A stretch of 64,000 nt of DNA from Heptranchias perlo (GCF_035084215.1 NW_027139436.1:1-64000); one strand, 5' to 3'. Counted from the first letter of the stretch, positions 1 through 11,910 are shown. Program-made: numbers and translations. Notes: generated by a model not told the origin, from the letters alone.

Positions 1-720
1 TGGCGGTCCTCCGACATACCCCGCCCCGCTGATTGGCTGGAGGAACAGGCCAAACGGTGTGATTGACTGGAGGACCAGGAGGTCCTCCGGGCTACCCCTC
101 GCCCTAATTGGCTGGTGGACCAGGCCCCACTCTCCCACACGCAGCCTGATTGGCTGGACGACCAGGCGCCACCCCATGATTGGTTGGAGGATCAGGCAGT
201 ACTCCAGTCCCCTCCGCCCCCTGATTGGCTGGAGGACCAGGCGATATTCTGGACCACCCCGCCTCCTGATTGGTTGGAGGACCAGGCGGTCCTCCGGGCC
301 ACCCCACCCTCTGATTGGCTGGAGGACCAGACCCCTCCCTCCGTGATTGATTGGAGGACCGGACGGTCCTCCGGCCAACCCCGCCACCTGATTGGTTGGA
401 GAACCATGCGGTCATCCGGCCTACCCCGCCCCCCTGATTGGCTGGAGGACCAGGCCACACCGTGTGATTGGCTGGAGGACCAGTCCCCGCTGCCCTACAC
501 ACACCCTGATTGCCTGGAGGACCAGGCCCCTCCCTCCGTGATTGGTTGGAGGTCCAGCCGGTCTTCCGGCCAACCCCACCACCTGATTGGTTGGAGGACC
601 AGGCGGTCCTCCGGCCTACCCCGCCCCCCTGATTGGCTGGAGGACAAGGCAACACCGTCTGATTGGCTGGAGGACCAGGCGGTCCTCCGGCCCCCCCCTT
701 CGCGCTTGCGATTGGCCGGC
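1..720 (+). repeat. GC-rich diverged tandem repeat (~30-45 bp units, core CTGATTGGCTGGAGGACCAGG), nearly every unit carrying an inverted CCAAT box
   Basis: About 15 copies of ATTGG within the recurring core, followed by a GC box (GGGCGGGG, ~735). Confidence 0.85.
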
Positions 721-1578
721 TGCCACGTCAATTAGGGCGGGGCCTCAGGTTAAAGTTCGAGCGAGAAAAAAAAATCCCGCTCAGTGAAAAGGGAGGAAAT
801 TAATCATCAATTGAATAAAACAGCGAAAAAAAAAACAACTGAATTCCAGGTTCCCCGGGAGACGGAGCTGAGGAGAAAAGGGTGCGGGTTCGGTTTGGAA
901 TCTTTGGTAAAAAAAATTCTTAAAAAGTGGGCGGGGTTTGAGGCCGCCCCGGAACTGTCGGTGTGTCCGCCCTGCGACTTCCGTTGATTTGCCGCTTGTC
1001 ATTAACCCGCGATTTTATTCTTCGCCGATCAGCGCGCCGCTCTTTACATTAAAAACCGGATAATCCTTGGGGGGGTTTAATTTTTTTATTTTTTGTTATG
1101 GAGGCGGGTCTCGTTACCCAGGCGACGCTGCGCCCCCGAATGTGCCCTGGAGCTGCATGTGGCGGGTCGCATGCGCTCGACATCTTCGTAAAGGTGGACG
1201 TCTTGCGCATTAAGACGCATGCGCACGCCATCTTTGTAGAGGATTGGGACCTATTGAGGTACAAGGCGCATGCGCATGCCATCTTGGTAGAGTTGGGGCG
1301 GTTCAGCAACAAGACGCATGCGCTCGCCATCTTGGTACAGGTGAGGCACGTTTCGAAACAAGACGCATCCGCTCGCCATCTTCGTACAGGTGCAGTGCAT
1401 TGAGCGACGAAGCGCATGCGCCCGCCATCTTCGTATAGGAGTGTGGCCCATTGAGCAATAAGGCGCATGCGCTAGCCATCTTTGTAGACATGATGTGGAG
1501 ATGCCGGTGATGGACTGGGGTTGACAATTGTAAACAATTTTACAACACCAAGTTATAGTCCAGCAATTTTATTTTAAA

Positions 1579-1618
1579 TTCCACAAGCTTTCGGAGGCTT
1601 CCTCCTTCCTCAGGTGAA
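1579..1618 (-). ncRNA. Minimal hammerhead ribozyme motif (putative)
   Basis: Exact reverse complement of the motif at 1661-1700. Confidence 0.6.
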
Positions 1619-1660
1619 CGGTGAACCTGCGAAGGATTCGAAAATTTCATTTCCACACCG

Positions 1661-1700
1661 TTCACCTGAGGAAGGAGGAAGCCTCCGAAAGCTTGTGGAA
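1661..1700 (+). ncRNA. Minimal hammerhead ribozyme motif (putative)
   Basis: TTCAC-CTGAGGA-A-GGAGG-AAG-CCTCC-GAAA-GC-TT-GTGGAA: CUGANGA core, stem II, GAAA, palindromic AAGCUU in place of stem III, and a short stem I. Confidence 0.6.
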
Positions 1701-3149
1701 TTTAAAATAAAATTGTTGGACTGTAACTTGGTGTTGTAAAATTGTTTACAATCATCTTTGCAGAGGAGTGGGACCTATTGAGGTACAGGGCGCATGCGCA
1801 TGCCATCTTGGTACAGTTGGGGCGCTTCAGCAACAAGGCGCATGCGCTCGCCATCTTGGTACAGGTGCAGTGCATTGAGCGACGACGCGCATGCGCCCGC
1901 CATCTTCGTAGAGGTGTGTGTCCCATTGATCAATAAGGCGCATGGGCATGCCATTTTCGTAGAGGATTGTGGCCCATTGAGCAATAAGGCGCATGCGCCC
2001 GCCATCTTCGTAGAGGAGTGTGGCCCATTGAGCAAAAGGGCGCATGCGCCATCTTCGCAGAGGAGTGTCGCACGTTGAGCAATAAGGCGCATGCGCATGC
2101 GCCCGCAATCCTTCGTAGAGGTGTTGCCCCTCGACCGACGAGGCGCATGCGCACGACATCTTTGTAAAGGTGGCCCCTTGGGCAACAAGACGCATGCGCA
2201 CGCCATCCTTGTCGAGGAGCTGGACCCGTTGAACCACGAAGCGCATGCGCTCGCCATCTTGGTAGAGGGTGGGGCACTTTGAGCAATAAGGCGCATGCGC
2301 TCGCCATCTTAGTAAAGTTGAGTCACGTTTAGGAAGACGCATGCGCCCGCCATCTTGGTACAGGTGGAGGGTATTGCAACGAGGCTCATGCGCCCGCCAT
2401 CTTGGTAGAGGTAAAGCACCGCTTCGGCACAAGGCGCGTGAGCCGGCCATCTTGGTAAAGGAGTGGGCGGCATTTGTCCATCTGGGCGCCGCCTCTCCAA
2501 AATGGGGTTTGGGTCAGGGAATCCGCCATTGGATCCGACATCCGTGGCTCGATCCTAATCAACGGGTGGGAACCGGCCTCAGGCGGGGCCGTCCCCTCTC
2601 CGCGGCCTCGCTCGTGCGTCGGGTCGAACCGTCGGGAAGGTCGGGGGTTATCGGGGGGTCGGGGGGGGGGGGTGACGGTGACGACCCCGGGCAGCGCGAT
2701 GCTCTCGGGTTCAGGCCTCCCTGTACGTGGGCGACGTCACCGCCTTCTGCTTCGATCAGCGGCCGGTCCGCGCACCGATGGACATCAGCGACCGTCCCGA
2801 GCTGGCCACGGCGCCCAGAGTGACCCCGAGGGAGAGTGGGGCCGTGTTCCTTTGGCGGGTGGGAGTCCCAATCGCTGATGCCCTTCGCTATCCGGTCCGA
2901 CTACCCCGAAGGTGCTGGGGGTCTGGTTCGGGGTCGGGGGGAGGTGGGGGTCACCAGGACTGCACCAAGAATTGAGAGGAGCGGGTCGCCAAGGCCAAAC
3001 AGAAGCTCGGTATGTGGGTTGGGGGTGAGACCTCTCCTTAACCGGCCATAAGACGTGAGGCACTCGCGGGGTTGCTCCACGCGGCCAGGGTCTGGTCTGT
3101 TCCCCGCCCCCCCTCCGTCGTCACAGTCACCCGAGCTACCTTCCACTTT

Positions 3150-4212
3150 GGAGGTCCGAGGTGGAACGCGTCCGCGGGGCCACCATGTACGAGCCCCCAG
3201 GCGAAGCGGGGAGGAGCGTTCCCAATGCCGTTCTGATCCCGATGGCCACCTTTGCGTGTGGCTGCCTCAGGATGTGTGTAGAGACCCAGTACGCAAACAT
3301 CAAAGTGTTGAGTTTCTACCTGTCAACCGCACCGAGAAGGCTGGCCAAGCAGACGCAGGACGTCCCGCCCATCTGGACTGTCCTCCCCCCCACAACCTGT
3401 CCCAGGTGGAGAAGTTCCTGAAGAGGAACCCCTTCGACCACAAGGCAGTCAGACAGAGGTCAGCACGGAACGTTCTCAGGATCCTGCAGGGAAAGGACAG
3501 GATGGATCCAATCAGGCAGTTTCCTGACCAGACGGGCGATTCCATTTGGCAGAACGTCTCATCGCCAGAACTGACCAACAGACACCAGGATGGAGCCTGG
3601 ATGGTGGTGAGAAGGACCCTCCCAGTGCGGTCCTTCCAACACGCACAGAATCTCAGCACCACCCCGAGCTCCCTCGAGGCTCCGGCGGGGAGGAGACCGT
3701 CGTCCACCTCCTGATGGACTGCCCCTTCGCACAGAGGGTGTGGGAGAGATGTGTTGGTATCTGTCCCGGTTCATCCCCAACAGTTCGGGAACACAGGACG
3801 CCGTGCTCTACGGGCTGTTCCCAGGACGCACACCGAGACAGATATCACCTGCGGCTGGAAGACCATTAACTGGGTGAAGGAGGCCCTTTGGCCCGTCCGA
3901 GACCTGCTGGTCTTCCAGCTGAAGGAGCTGTCCACGACCGAGTGTTGCCGACTGGCACACTCCAAGGTCCAGGAGTACGTGCTGCGAGACGCACTGAGGC
4001 GAGGTGCGGCCGACGCAAAGGCTGCATGGAGAGAGGTCACCGTGTGAGGCCACCCCACCCTGTATCGTACAGAATGTATTCGGAGATATGCTCTGTGTTT
4101 TAAATTGTGTCCGATCTGTGTTATATTGTTTGAATTGTAATTGTGTATCTACATTGAACTGTGGGTATCATTAAATTTTATGAATTGAAGTATATTTTGA
4201 GATAAAAAAAAC
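3150..4212 (+). mobile_element. 5'-truncated, frameshifted Tx1/L1-clade LINE (ORF2 C-terminus, 3' UTR, A-tail)
   Basis: Across frames: ...WQNVSSPELTNRHQD.AW..., EETVVHLLMDCPFAQRVW (zf-RVT-like) and ...KVQEYVLRDALRRG...*, then an AT-rich UTR and an A run at ~4205. Confidence 0.8.
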
Positions 4213-4284
4213 AAACCTCATTCAATCTACACCTTGAGGACTGGGTCCAGTTCTGGTCAGACTGCAAATTTAGGGCTGGAGAGA

Positions 4285-4780
4285 CAGCGGGGCAGTGGGA
4301 TTGGTGTGAGATTGATACAGGACTATGCGGAGAGAGTGGGGCAGTGGGATTAGTTTGAGATTGATACAGGATTGTGGGGAGAGAGTGGGGCAGTGGGATT
4401 AGTGTGAGATTGATACAGGACTATGCGGAGAGAGTGGGGCAGTGGGATTAGTTTGAGATTGATACAGGATTGTGGGGAGAGAGTGGGGCAGTGGGATTAG
4501 TGTGAGATTGATACAGGACTATGGGGAGAGAGTGGGGCAGTGGGATTAGTGTGAGATTGATACAGGACTATGGGGAGAGAGTGGGGCAGTGGGATTAGTG
4601 TGAGATTGATACAGGACTATGGGAAGAGAGTGGGGCAGTGGGATTAGTTTGAGATTGATACAGGACTTTGGGGCGAGAGAGTGGGGCAGTGGGATTAGTG
4701 TGAGATTGATACAGGACTATGGGGAGAGAGTGGGGCAGTGGGTTTTGTGTGAGATTGATACAGGACAATGGGGAGAGAGA
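4285..4780 (+). repeat. 49-bp minisatellite (GAGAGTGGGGCAGTGGGATTAGTGTGAGATTGATACAGGACTATGGGGA)
   Basis: About 10 tandem copies; the reverse-complement array is at 48620-49630. Confidence 0.95.
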
Positions 4781-5184
4781 GTTCAGCAGAAGCTGGTTCC
4801 TTGTGATAATAACCGTGGGCCACTGGGTGTCGGTGTAACAGCACCAGATGTCGAGGGGCTGCTGGGGGTGTCAGTGAAATGACAGCACAGGAGGAGCCCA
4901 CTGGGACAGAGGGGCCTGAGCCAGTGGGAGCTCTTCAACTGGGTCTGTCTGCCTCAAAAAGGGACGGACAGAGAAAGGGCAGGGAATGGGTGAAACAGTT
5001 AGTAACTCATTGACAGTGAGGAGCTTTCTGACATCGAGAGGATGTGAAGGGGATTTTATAAATGTCTGACTGTCTCTCTCTCTGTCTCTCTCGCTCTCTC
5101 TGTCTGTTTCTGGTTAGACTGCACCTTGAGGACCAGGTCCAGTTCTGGTCAGACTCCAAATGTGTTCATGCACAGTTCCCTCAC

Positions 5185-7726
5185 TCTGTGATAGAAGGAG
5201 AGACACCGACAGAGGGAGATTGATAAAGGTGAGACTGTGCACAGTGATTGAGAGAGAGAGAGAGACACCAACAGAGGGAGATTGATAAAGGTGAGACTGA
5301 GTGCAGAGAGAGAGAGAGAGAGACACCAACAGAGGGAGATTGATAAAGGTGAGACTGAGTACAGTGACAGAGAGAGAGAGACACCAACAGAGGGAGATTG
5401 ATAAAGGTGAGACTGAGTACAGTGACAGAGAGAGAGAGACACCAACAGAGGGAGATTGATAAAGGTGAGACTCAGGACAGTGAAAGAGACAGAGAGACAC
5501 CAACAGAGGGAGATTGATAAAGGTGAGACTGGGTACAGTGATAGAGAGAGAGAGAGACACCAACAGAGGGAGATTGATAAAGGTGAGACTGTGCACAGTG
5601 ATAGAGAGAGAGAGAGAGAGACACCAACAGAGGGAGATTGACAAAGGTGAGACTGGGTACAGTGATAGAGAGAGAGAGAAACCAACAGAGGGAGACTGAT
5701 AAAGCTGAGACTGAGTGCAGTGAAAGAGAGAGAGAGAAACACCAACAGAGGGAGATTGATAAAGGTGAGACGAAATACAGTGATAGAGAGAGAGAGACAC
5801 CAACAGAGGGAGATTGATAAAGGTGAGACTGAATACAGTGATAGAGAGAGAGAGAGAGAGAGACACCAACAGAGGGAGATTGATAAAGGTGAGACTGAGT
5901 ACAGTGAGAGAGAGAGAGACACCAACAGAGGGAGATTGATAAAGGTGAGACTGAGTACAGTGAGAGAGAGAGAGACACCAACAGAGGGAGATTGATAAAG
6001 GTGAGACGAAATACAGTGATAGAGAGAGAGACCAACAGAGGGAGACTGATAAAGGTGAGACTGAGTGCAGTGACAGAGAGAGAGAGAGACACCAACAGAG
6101 GGAGATTGATAAAGGTGAGACTGAGTACAGTGATAGAGAGAGAGAGAGACACCAACAGAGGGAGATTGATAAAGGTGAGACTGAGTACAGTGATAGAGGG
6201 AGAGAGAGACACCAACAGAGGGAGATTGATAAAGGTGAGACTGAGTACAGTTACAGAGAGAGAGAGAGGGAGACACCAACAGAGGGAGATTGATAAAGGT
6301 GAGACTGTGCACAGTGACAGAGAGAGAGACACTCCAACAGAGGGAGATTGATAAAGGTGAGACTGGGTACAGTGATAGAGAGAGAGAGACACCAACAGAG
6401 GGAGATTGATAAAGGTGAGACTGAGTACAGTGACAGAGAGAGAGAGACACCAACAGAGGGAGATTGATAAAGGTGAGACTGAGTACAGTGACAGAGAGAG
6501 AGAGACACCAACAGAGGGAGATTGATAAAGGTGAGACTCAGGACAGTGAAAGAGACAGAGAGACACCAACAGAGGGAGATTGATAAAGGTGAGACTGGGT
6601 ACAGTGATAGAGAGAGAGAGAGACACCAACAGAGGGAGATTGATAAAGGTGAGACTGTGCACAGTGATAGAGAGAGAGAGAGAGACACCAACAGAGGGAG
6701 ATTGACAAAGGTGAGACTGGGTACAGTGATAGAGAGAGAGAGAAACCAACAGAGGGAGACTGATAAAGCTGAGACTGAGTGCAGTGAAAGAGAGAGAGAG
6801 AAACACCAACAGAGGGAGATTGATAAAGGTGAGACTGAACACAGTGATAGAGAGAGAGAGAGAGACACCAACAGAGGGAGATTGATAAAGGTGAGACGAA
6901 ATACAGTGATAGAGAGAGAGACCAACAGAGGGAGATTGATGAAGGTGAGACTGAATACAGTGATAGAGAGAGAGAGAGAGACACCAACAGAGGGAGATTG
7001 ATAAAGGTGAGACTGTGCACAGTGATAGAGAGAGAGAGACACCAACAGAGGGAGATTGATAAAGGTGAGACTGAATACAGTGATAGAGAGAGAGAGAGAG
7101 AGAGACACCAACAGAGGGAGATTGATAAAGGTGAGACTGAGTACAGTGAGAGAGAGAGAGAGAGACACCAACAGAGGGAGATTGATAAAGGTGAGACGAA
7201 ATACAGTGATAGAGAGAGAGACCAACAGAGGGAGACTGATAAAGGTGAGACTGAGTACAGTGACAGAGAGAGAGACACCAACAGAGGGAGATTGATAAAG
7301 GTGAGACTGAGTACAGTGATAGAGAGAGAGAGAGACACCAACAGAGGGAGATTGATAAAGGTGAGACTGTGCACAGTGACAGAGAGAGAGAGACACCAAC
7401 AGAGGGAGATTGATAAAGGCGAGACTGGGTACAGTGATAGAGAGAGAGAGACACCAACAGAGGGAGATTGATAAAGCTGAGACTGAGTGCAGTGAAAGAG
7501 AGAGAGAGAAACACCAACAGAGGGAGATTGATAAAGGTGAGACGAAATACAGTGATAGAGAGAGAGACCAACAGAGGGAGATTGATGAAGGTGAGACTGA
7601 ATACAGTGATAGAGAGAGAGAGAGAGACACCAACAGAGGGAGATTGATAAAGGTGAGACTGTGCACAGTGATAGAGAGAGAGAGACACCAACAGAGGGAG
7701 ATTGATAAAGGTGAGACTGAATACAG

Positions 7727-7762
<36 letters not shown>

Positions 7763-8330
7763 ACAGAGGGAGATTGATAAAGGTGAGACTGAGTACAGTG
7801 ATAGAGAGAGAGACCAACAGAGGGAGATTGATAAAGGTGAGACTGAGTACAGTGACAGAGAGAGAGAGAGACACCAACAGAGGGAGATTGATAAAGGTGA
7901 GACTGAGCACAGTGACAGAGAGAGAGAGAGACACCAACAGAGGGAGATTGATAAAGGTGAGACTGAGCACAGTGGCAGAGAGAGAGAGAGACACCAACAG
8001 AGGGAGATTGATAAAGGTGAGACTCAGTACAGTGAAAGAGACAGAGAGACACCAACAGAGGGAGATTGATAAAGGTGAGACTGAGTACAGTGATAGAGAG
8101 AGAGAGAGACCAACAGAGGGAGATTGATAAAGGTGAGACTGGGTACAGTGATAGAGAGAGAGAGAGAGAGAGACACCAACAGAGGGAGATTGATAAAGGT
8201 GAGACTGAGTCCAGTGATGCAAAGAGAGACACCAACAGAGGGAGATTGATAAAGGTGAGACTGAGTACAGTGATAGAGAGAGAGAGAGACACCAACAGAG
8301 GGAGATTGATAAAGGTGAGACTGAGTACAG

Positions 8331-8366
<36 letters not shown>

Positions 8367-8805
8367 ACAGAGGGAGACTGATAAAGGTGAGACTGTGCAC
8401 AGTGATGGAGAGAGAGAGACACCAACAGAGGTAGATTGATGAAGGTGAGACTGAGTACAGTGATAGAGAGAGACACCAACAGAGGGAGATTGATAAAGGT
8501 GAGACTGAGTACAGTGATAGAGAGAGAGAGAGAGAGAGACACCAACAGAGGGAGATTGATAAAGGTGAGACTGAATACAGTGATTGAGAGAGAGAGACAC
8601 CAACAGAGGGAGATTGATAAAGGTGAGACTGAGTCCAGTGATACAGAGAGAGACACACCAACAGAGGGAGATTGATAAAGGTGAGACTAAATTCAGTGAT
8701 AGAGAGACACCGTCAGAGGGAGATTGATAAAGGTGAGACTGAGCACAGTGCTGGAGAGAGGGAGACACCAACAGAGGGAGATTGATAAAGGTGAGACTGG
8801 GTACG
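5185..8805 (+). repeat. ~55-65 bp minisatellite with an internal variable (GA)n tract
   Basis: CACCAACAGAGGGAGATTGATAAAGGTGAGACTGAGTACAGTGA(TA)(GA)n repeated about 60 times. Confidence 0.95.
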
Positions 8806-9261
8806 GCCATGTCGATGCTCAGTTGGAATAGTGTGTCCAGTTCTGTTCCCCTCACATGGTCCTGGGGTTTATTCCCCAATGACTGTACTGGGGGGATTCC
8901 CTCATACACGGGACTGGGAATCTCCCCAATATCAGGTCCTGGGGTTTATTCCCCAATGACTGCACTGGGAGGATTCCCTCATACACGGGACTGGGATTCT
9001 CCCCAATATCAGGTCCTGGGGTTTATTCCCCAATGACTGTACTGGGGTGATTCCCGATTGGCCTGTCCCTATTGCTGTAGATTGGGTGTAATTCTCTCCA
9101 GTGATGCCAGGGAGTTCCTCACACGGGGAATGGACTCTCCCAGATAAGTTCTGCAGGCGAAGCCCCTGCTGTAGGGAGAGAACTAAGATGGGCCGAACGA
9201 CCTCCCCCATCCTTCTCCATCCCTTCACACCTCCACTTATCTCATTTCAACTCTGAGCTTT

Positions 9262-9267
9262 TTTATT
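9262..9267 (-). terminator. Poly(A) signal of the IgW membrane-form mRNA
   Basis: AATAAA on the minus strand ~350 nt downstream of the TM2 stop. Confidence 0.65.
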
Positions 9268-9613
9268 GAACTGATTTCAAACCAAAACTTTTACACCAGT
9301 GGAAAACGTGAAGAAAAGTGAGAGGCAGTAATTGGAACCACGTTTCTTGTTACAATATTTTCAATCACAAGATCCCGAGAAACGGCCCTCCCCTCCCCCT
9401 CCCCTCCCCCCACTCCTCCCTCTACCCTCTCAACCTTCCCCCGGTCCATTGAAAGGTTTATCTCCCGGAATGAGCAGTTGCAGTGCAGTAGCCGAGCATT
9501 CCCCAGTGTGCGATGGGGAGGCTCCATTCCCAAATATCGGCCGCCTCACGGGGACATTTCTGGACAATTGGCATCTCGGACTGGTCTGAATGTGAGGCAC
9601 AGGAATCTGCTGG

Positions 9614-9625
9614 TCACTGCTGGAC
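9614..9625 (-). CDS. IgW: IgW TM2 exon (coding VQQ*)
   Basis: Acceptor ...CTGTCTGTATTCCAG|GTC CAG CAG TGA in phase 0, matching the TM1 donor. Gives a short cytoplasmic tail KVQQ, analogous to IgM KVK. Confidence 0.7.
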   Translation of the reverse strand, partial: VQQ

Positions 9626-9684
9626 CTGGAATACAGACAGCAGAGTCATTTGCTTGTGTGTGTCAAGGTGTAACAGGTAGTGTC

Positions 9685-10420
9685 ACCCTAAAGGACAGGC
9701 GGTCTGTCCTTACTCTCGGAGATTGACCCTAAAGGACAGGCGGTCTGTCCTTATTCTAGGAGATTGTCCCTAAAGGACAGGCGGTCTGTCCTTATTCTAG
9801 GAGATTGTCCCTAAAGGACAGGCGGTCTGTCCTTATTCTAGGAGATTGTCCCGAAAGGACAGGCGGTCTGTCCTTATTCTAGGAGATTGACCCTAAAGGA
9901 CAGGCGGTCTGTCCTTACTCTAGGAGATTGACCCTAAAGGACAGGCGGTCTGTCCTTATTCTAGGAGATTGACCCCAAAGGCCAGGCGGTCTGTCCTTAT
10001 TCTCGGAGATTGACCCGAAAGGACAGGCGGTCTGTCCTTACTCTCGGAGATTGAACCTAAAGGACAGGCGGTCTGTCCTTATTCTAGGAGATTGACCCAA
10101 AAGTGCAGGCGGCCTGTCCTTACTCTCGGAGATTGAACCTAAAGGACAGGCGGCCTGTCCTTATTCTCGGAGATTGACCCAAAAGGACAGGCGGTCTGTC
10201 CTTACTCTCGGAGATTGACCCTAAAGGACAGGCGGTCTGTCCTTATTCTAGGAGATTGACCGAAAAGGACAGGCGGTCTGTCCTTATTCTCGGAGATTGA
10301 CCCTAAAGGTCAGGCGGTCTGTCCTTCCTCTCGGAGATTGACCCTAAAGGACAGGCGGTCTGTCCTTATTCTCGGAGATTGACCCTAAAGGACAGGCGGT
10401 CTGTCCTTACTCTCGGAGAT
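9685..10420 (+). repeat. 41-bp minisatellite in the TM1-TM2 intron
   Basis: GACCCTAAAGGACAGGCGGTCTGTCCTTATTCTAGGAGATT, about 18 copies. Confidence 0.95.
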
Positions 10421-10801
10421 GGGGGCCTACAGAATAAGCCCTCAGTTGGGCTCAGGCCCATGGGTACAGAGCCCAGTGTTGGTCAGGGTCACGGCTGGTG
10501 ACCTGAGTCTATCTGAACCCTCTTTGATTTCCCCGTCCCAGCCCAGGAGCGTTGACCCAAATTCCCATCACCCCCAGTCACCAGCGCTGCTGAATCGAGG
10601 CCCTGGGGACAGGAGAAAAGGGGAAAGGTTCAAGGTGCCAGAGGTGGTGAAGGGTTCCACACTGCACTGTTAGTCTGGCCCTCGGGTGATGGCTGGAATC
10701 TCAGAGTCACATCATAAGATGGGGGGAGAAATTGAAGGTCAAACCGTGGGCATTATGGGATGTCTGTGCTGCTGCTCATTTGATCATCAAAGGCTGGTTA
10801 C

Positions 10802-10944
10802 CTTGATAACGGTGACGAAGGTGCTGTAGAGGAAACTTAGAATGAAGAGGATGGCGAAGGCAGCGACTGTTAACACATTGTCGTCTCCATCCCAATCTCC
10901 TGCTTCTTCCTTCCCTTCCTCTCCTGCCTCGTCTGGAGGGAATT
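10802..10944 (-). CDS. IgW: IgW TM1 exon
   Basis: TTTCAG|AA...ATCAAG|GTAACC. Encodes (E)FPPDEAGEEGKEEAGDWDGDDNVLTVAAFAILFILSFLYSTFVTVIK: acidic spacer plus the conserved antigen-receptor TM motif (F..LF.LS..YST.VT). Confidence 0.93.
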
Positions 10945-11567
10945 CTGAAAGGAATGAGAAAGGGGCTGTTAGAGTTTCCTGTGGATGTTTCATAACCATC
11001 GACAATATCTCAATAGTTTGGAGATAACACAGTGAGGGGGGAGTGGCACTGGGAGCAGAGAATCATTAGAGAGTCTCCCTCTCTCTCCCTCTCTCTCTCT
11101 CTCTCGCTCTCTGTCTCTCTCGCTCTCTCTGTCTCTTTCTCTACCTCTNNNNNNNNNNNNNNNNNNNNNNNNNNNNNNNNNNNNNNNNNNNNNNNNNNNN
11201 NNNNNNNNNNNNNNNNNNNNNNNNNNNNNNNNNNNNNNNNNNNNNNNNNNNNNNNNNNNNNNNNNNNNNNNNNNNNNNNNNNNNNNNNNNNNNNNNNNNN
11301 NNNNNNNNNNNNNNNNNNNTCTGTGTTTCAGTGTGTCTNNNNNNNNNNNNNNNNNNNNNNNNNNNNNNNNNNNNNNNNNNNNNNNNNNNNNNNNNNNNNN
11401 NNNNNNNNNNNNNNNNNNNNNNNNNNNNNNNNNNNNNNNNNNNNNNNNNNNNNNNNNNNNNNNNNNNNNNNNNNNNNNNNNNNNNNNNNNNNNNNNNNNN
11501 NNNNNNNNNNNNNNNNNNNNNNNNNNNNNNNNNNNNNNNNNNNNNNNNNNNNNNNNNNNNNNNNNNN

Positions 11568-11910
11568 GCGCCTTTCAAGAGCTCAGGACATCCCAAGGTG
11601 CTTTACAGCCAATGAAGTACTTTCGAAGTGTAGTCACTGTTGTAATGTAGGAAACATGGCAGCCATTTTGTGCACAGCAAGATCCCACAAACAGCAATGT
11701 GATAATGAGCAGATAATCTGTTTTTTGGTTGAGGGATAAATATTGGCCCAGGACACCGGGGAGAACTTCCCTGCTCTTCTTCAAAATAGTGACCGTGGGA
11801 TCTTTTCGGTCCACCTGAGAGGGGCAGACGGGGGCCTCGGTTTAACATCTCATGCAAAAGACGGCACCTCCGACAGTGCGGCACTCCCTCAGTACTGCAC
11901 TGGAGTGTCA
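11568..11910 (-). mobile_element. tRNA-derived SINE (Deu-core/SacSINE1-like), partial
   Basis: Reverse complement of the family at 17268-17738. Confidence 0.75.

Larger units (their letters stand above)
1491..1752 (-). mobile_element. Penelope-like terminal (foldback) element, copy 1
   Basis: 97-bp inverted arms at 1527-1623 and 1656-1752, plus a one-sided extension at 1491-1526. A closely related copy lies in the opposite orientation at 44714-44950. Confidence 0.7.
1150..2460 (+). repeat. CpG-rich tandem repeat (~50 bp) carrying the palindrome GCGCATGCGC followed by (C)GCCATCTT
   Basis: At least a dozen exact GCGCATGCGC copies plus variants; interrupted by the foldback element at 1491-1752. 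Confidence 0.85.

Noticed and set aside
59-2500. Overlapping ORFs (PDWLEDQ, TKMA.ACA repeats)
   Set aside because: By-products of GC-rich tandem repeats, open on both strands.
5114-8909. Very long ORFs (up to 1145 aa) rich in SLSL/ERER
   Set aside because: They are translations of a minisatellite, open in several frames at once, with no protein-like complexity.
11149-11567. N runs (also ~28317-28759 and ~41526-41728) and ORFs crossing them
   Set aside because: Unknown or masked bases beside simple repeats. Nothing can be inferred, although a small hidden feature cannot be excluded.
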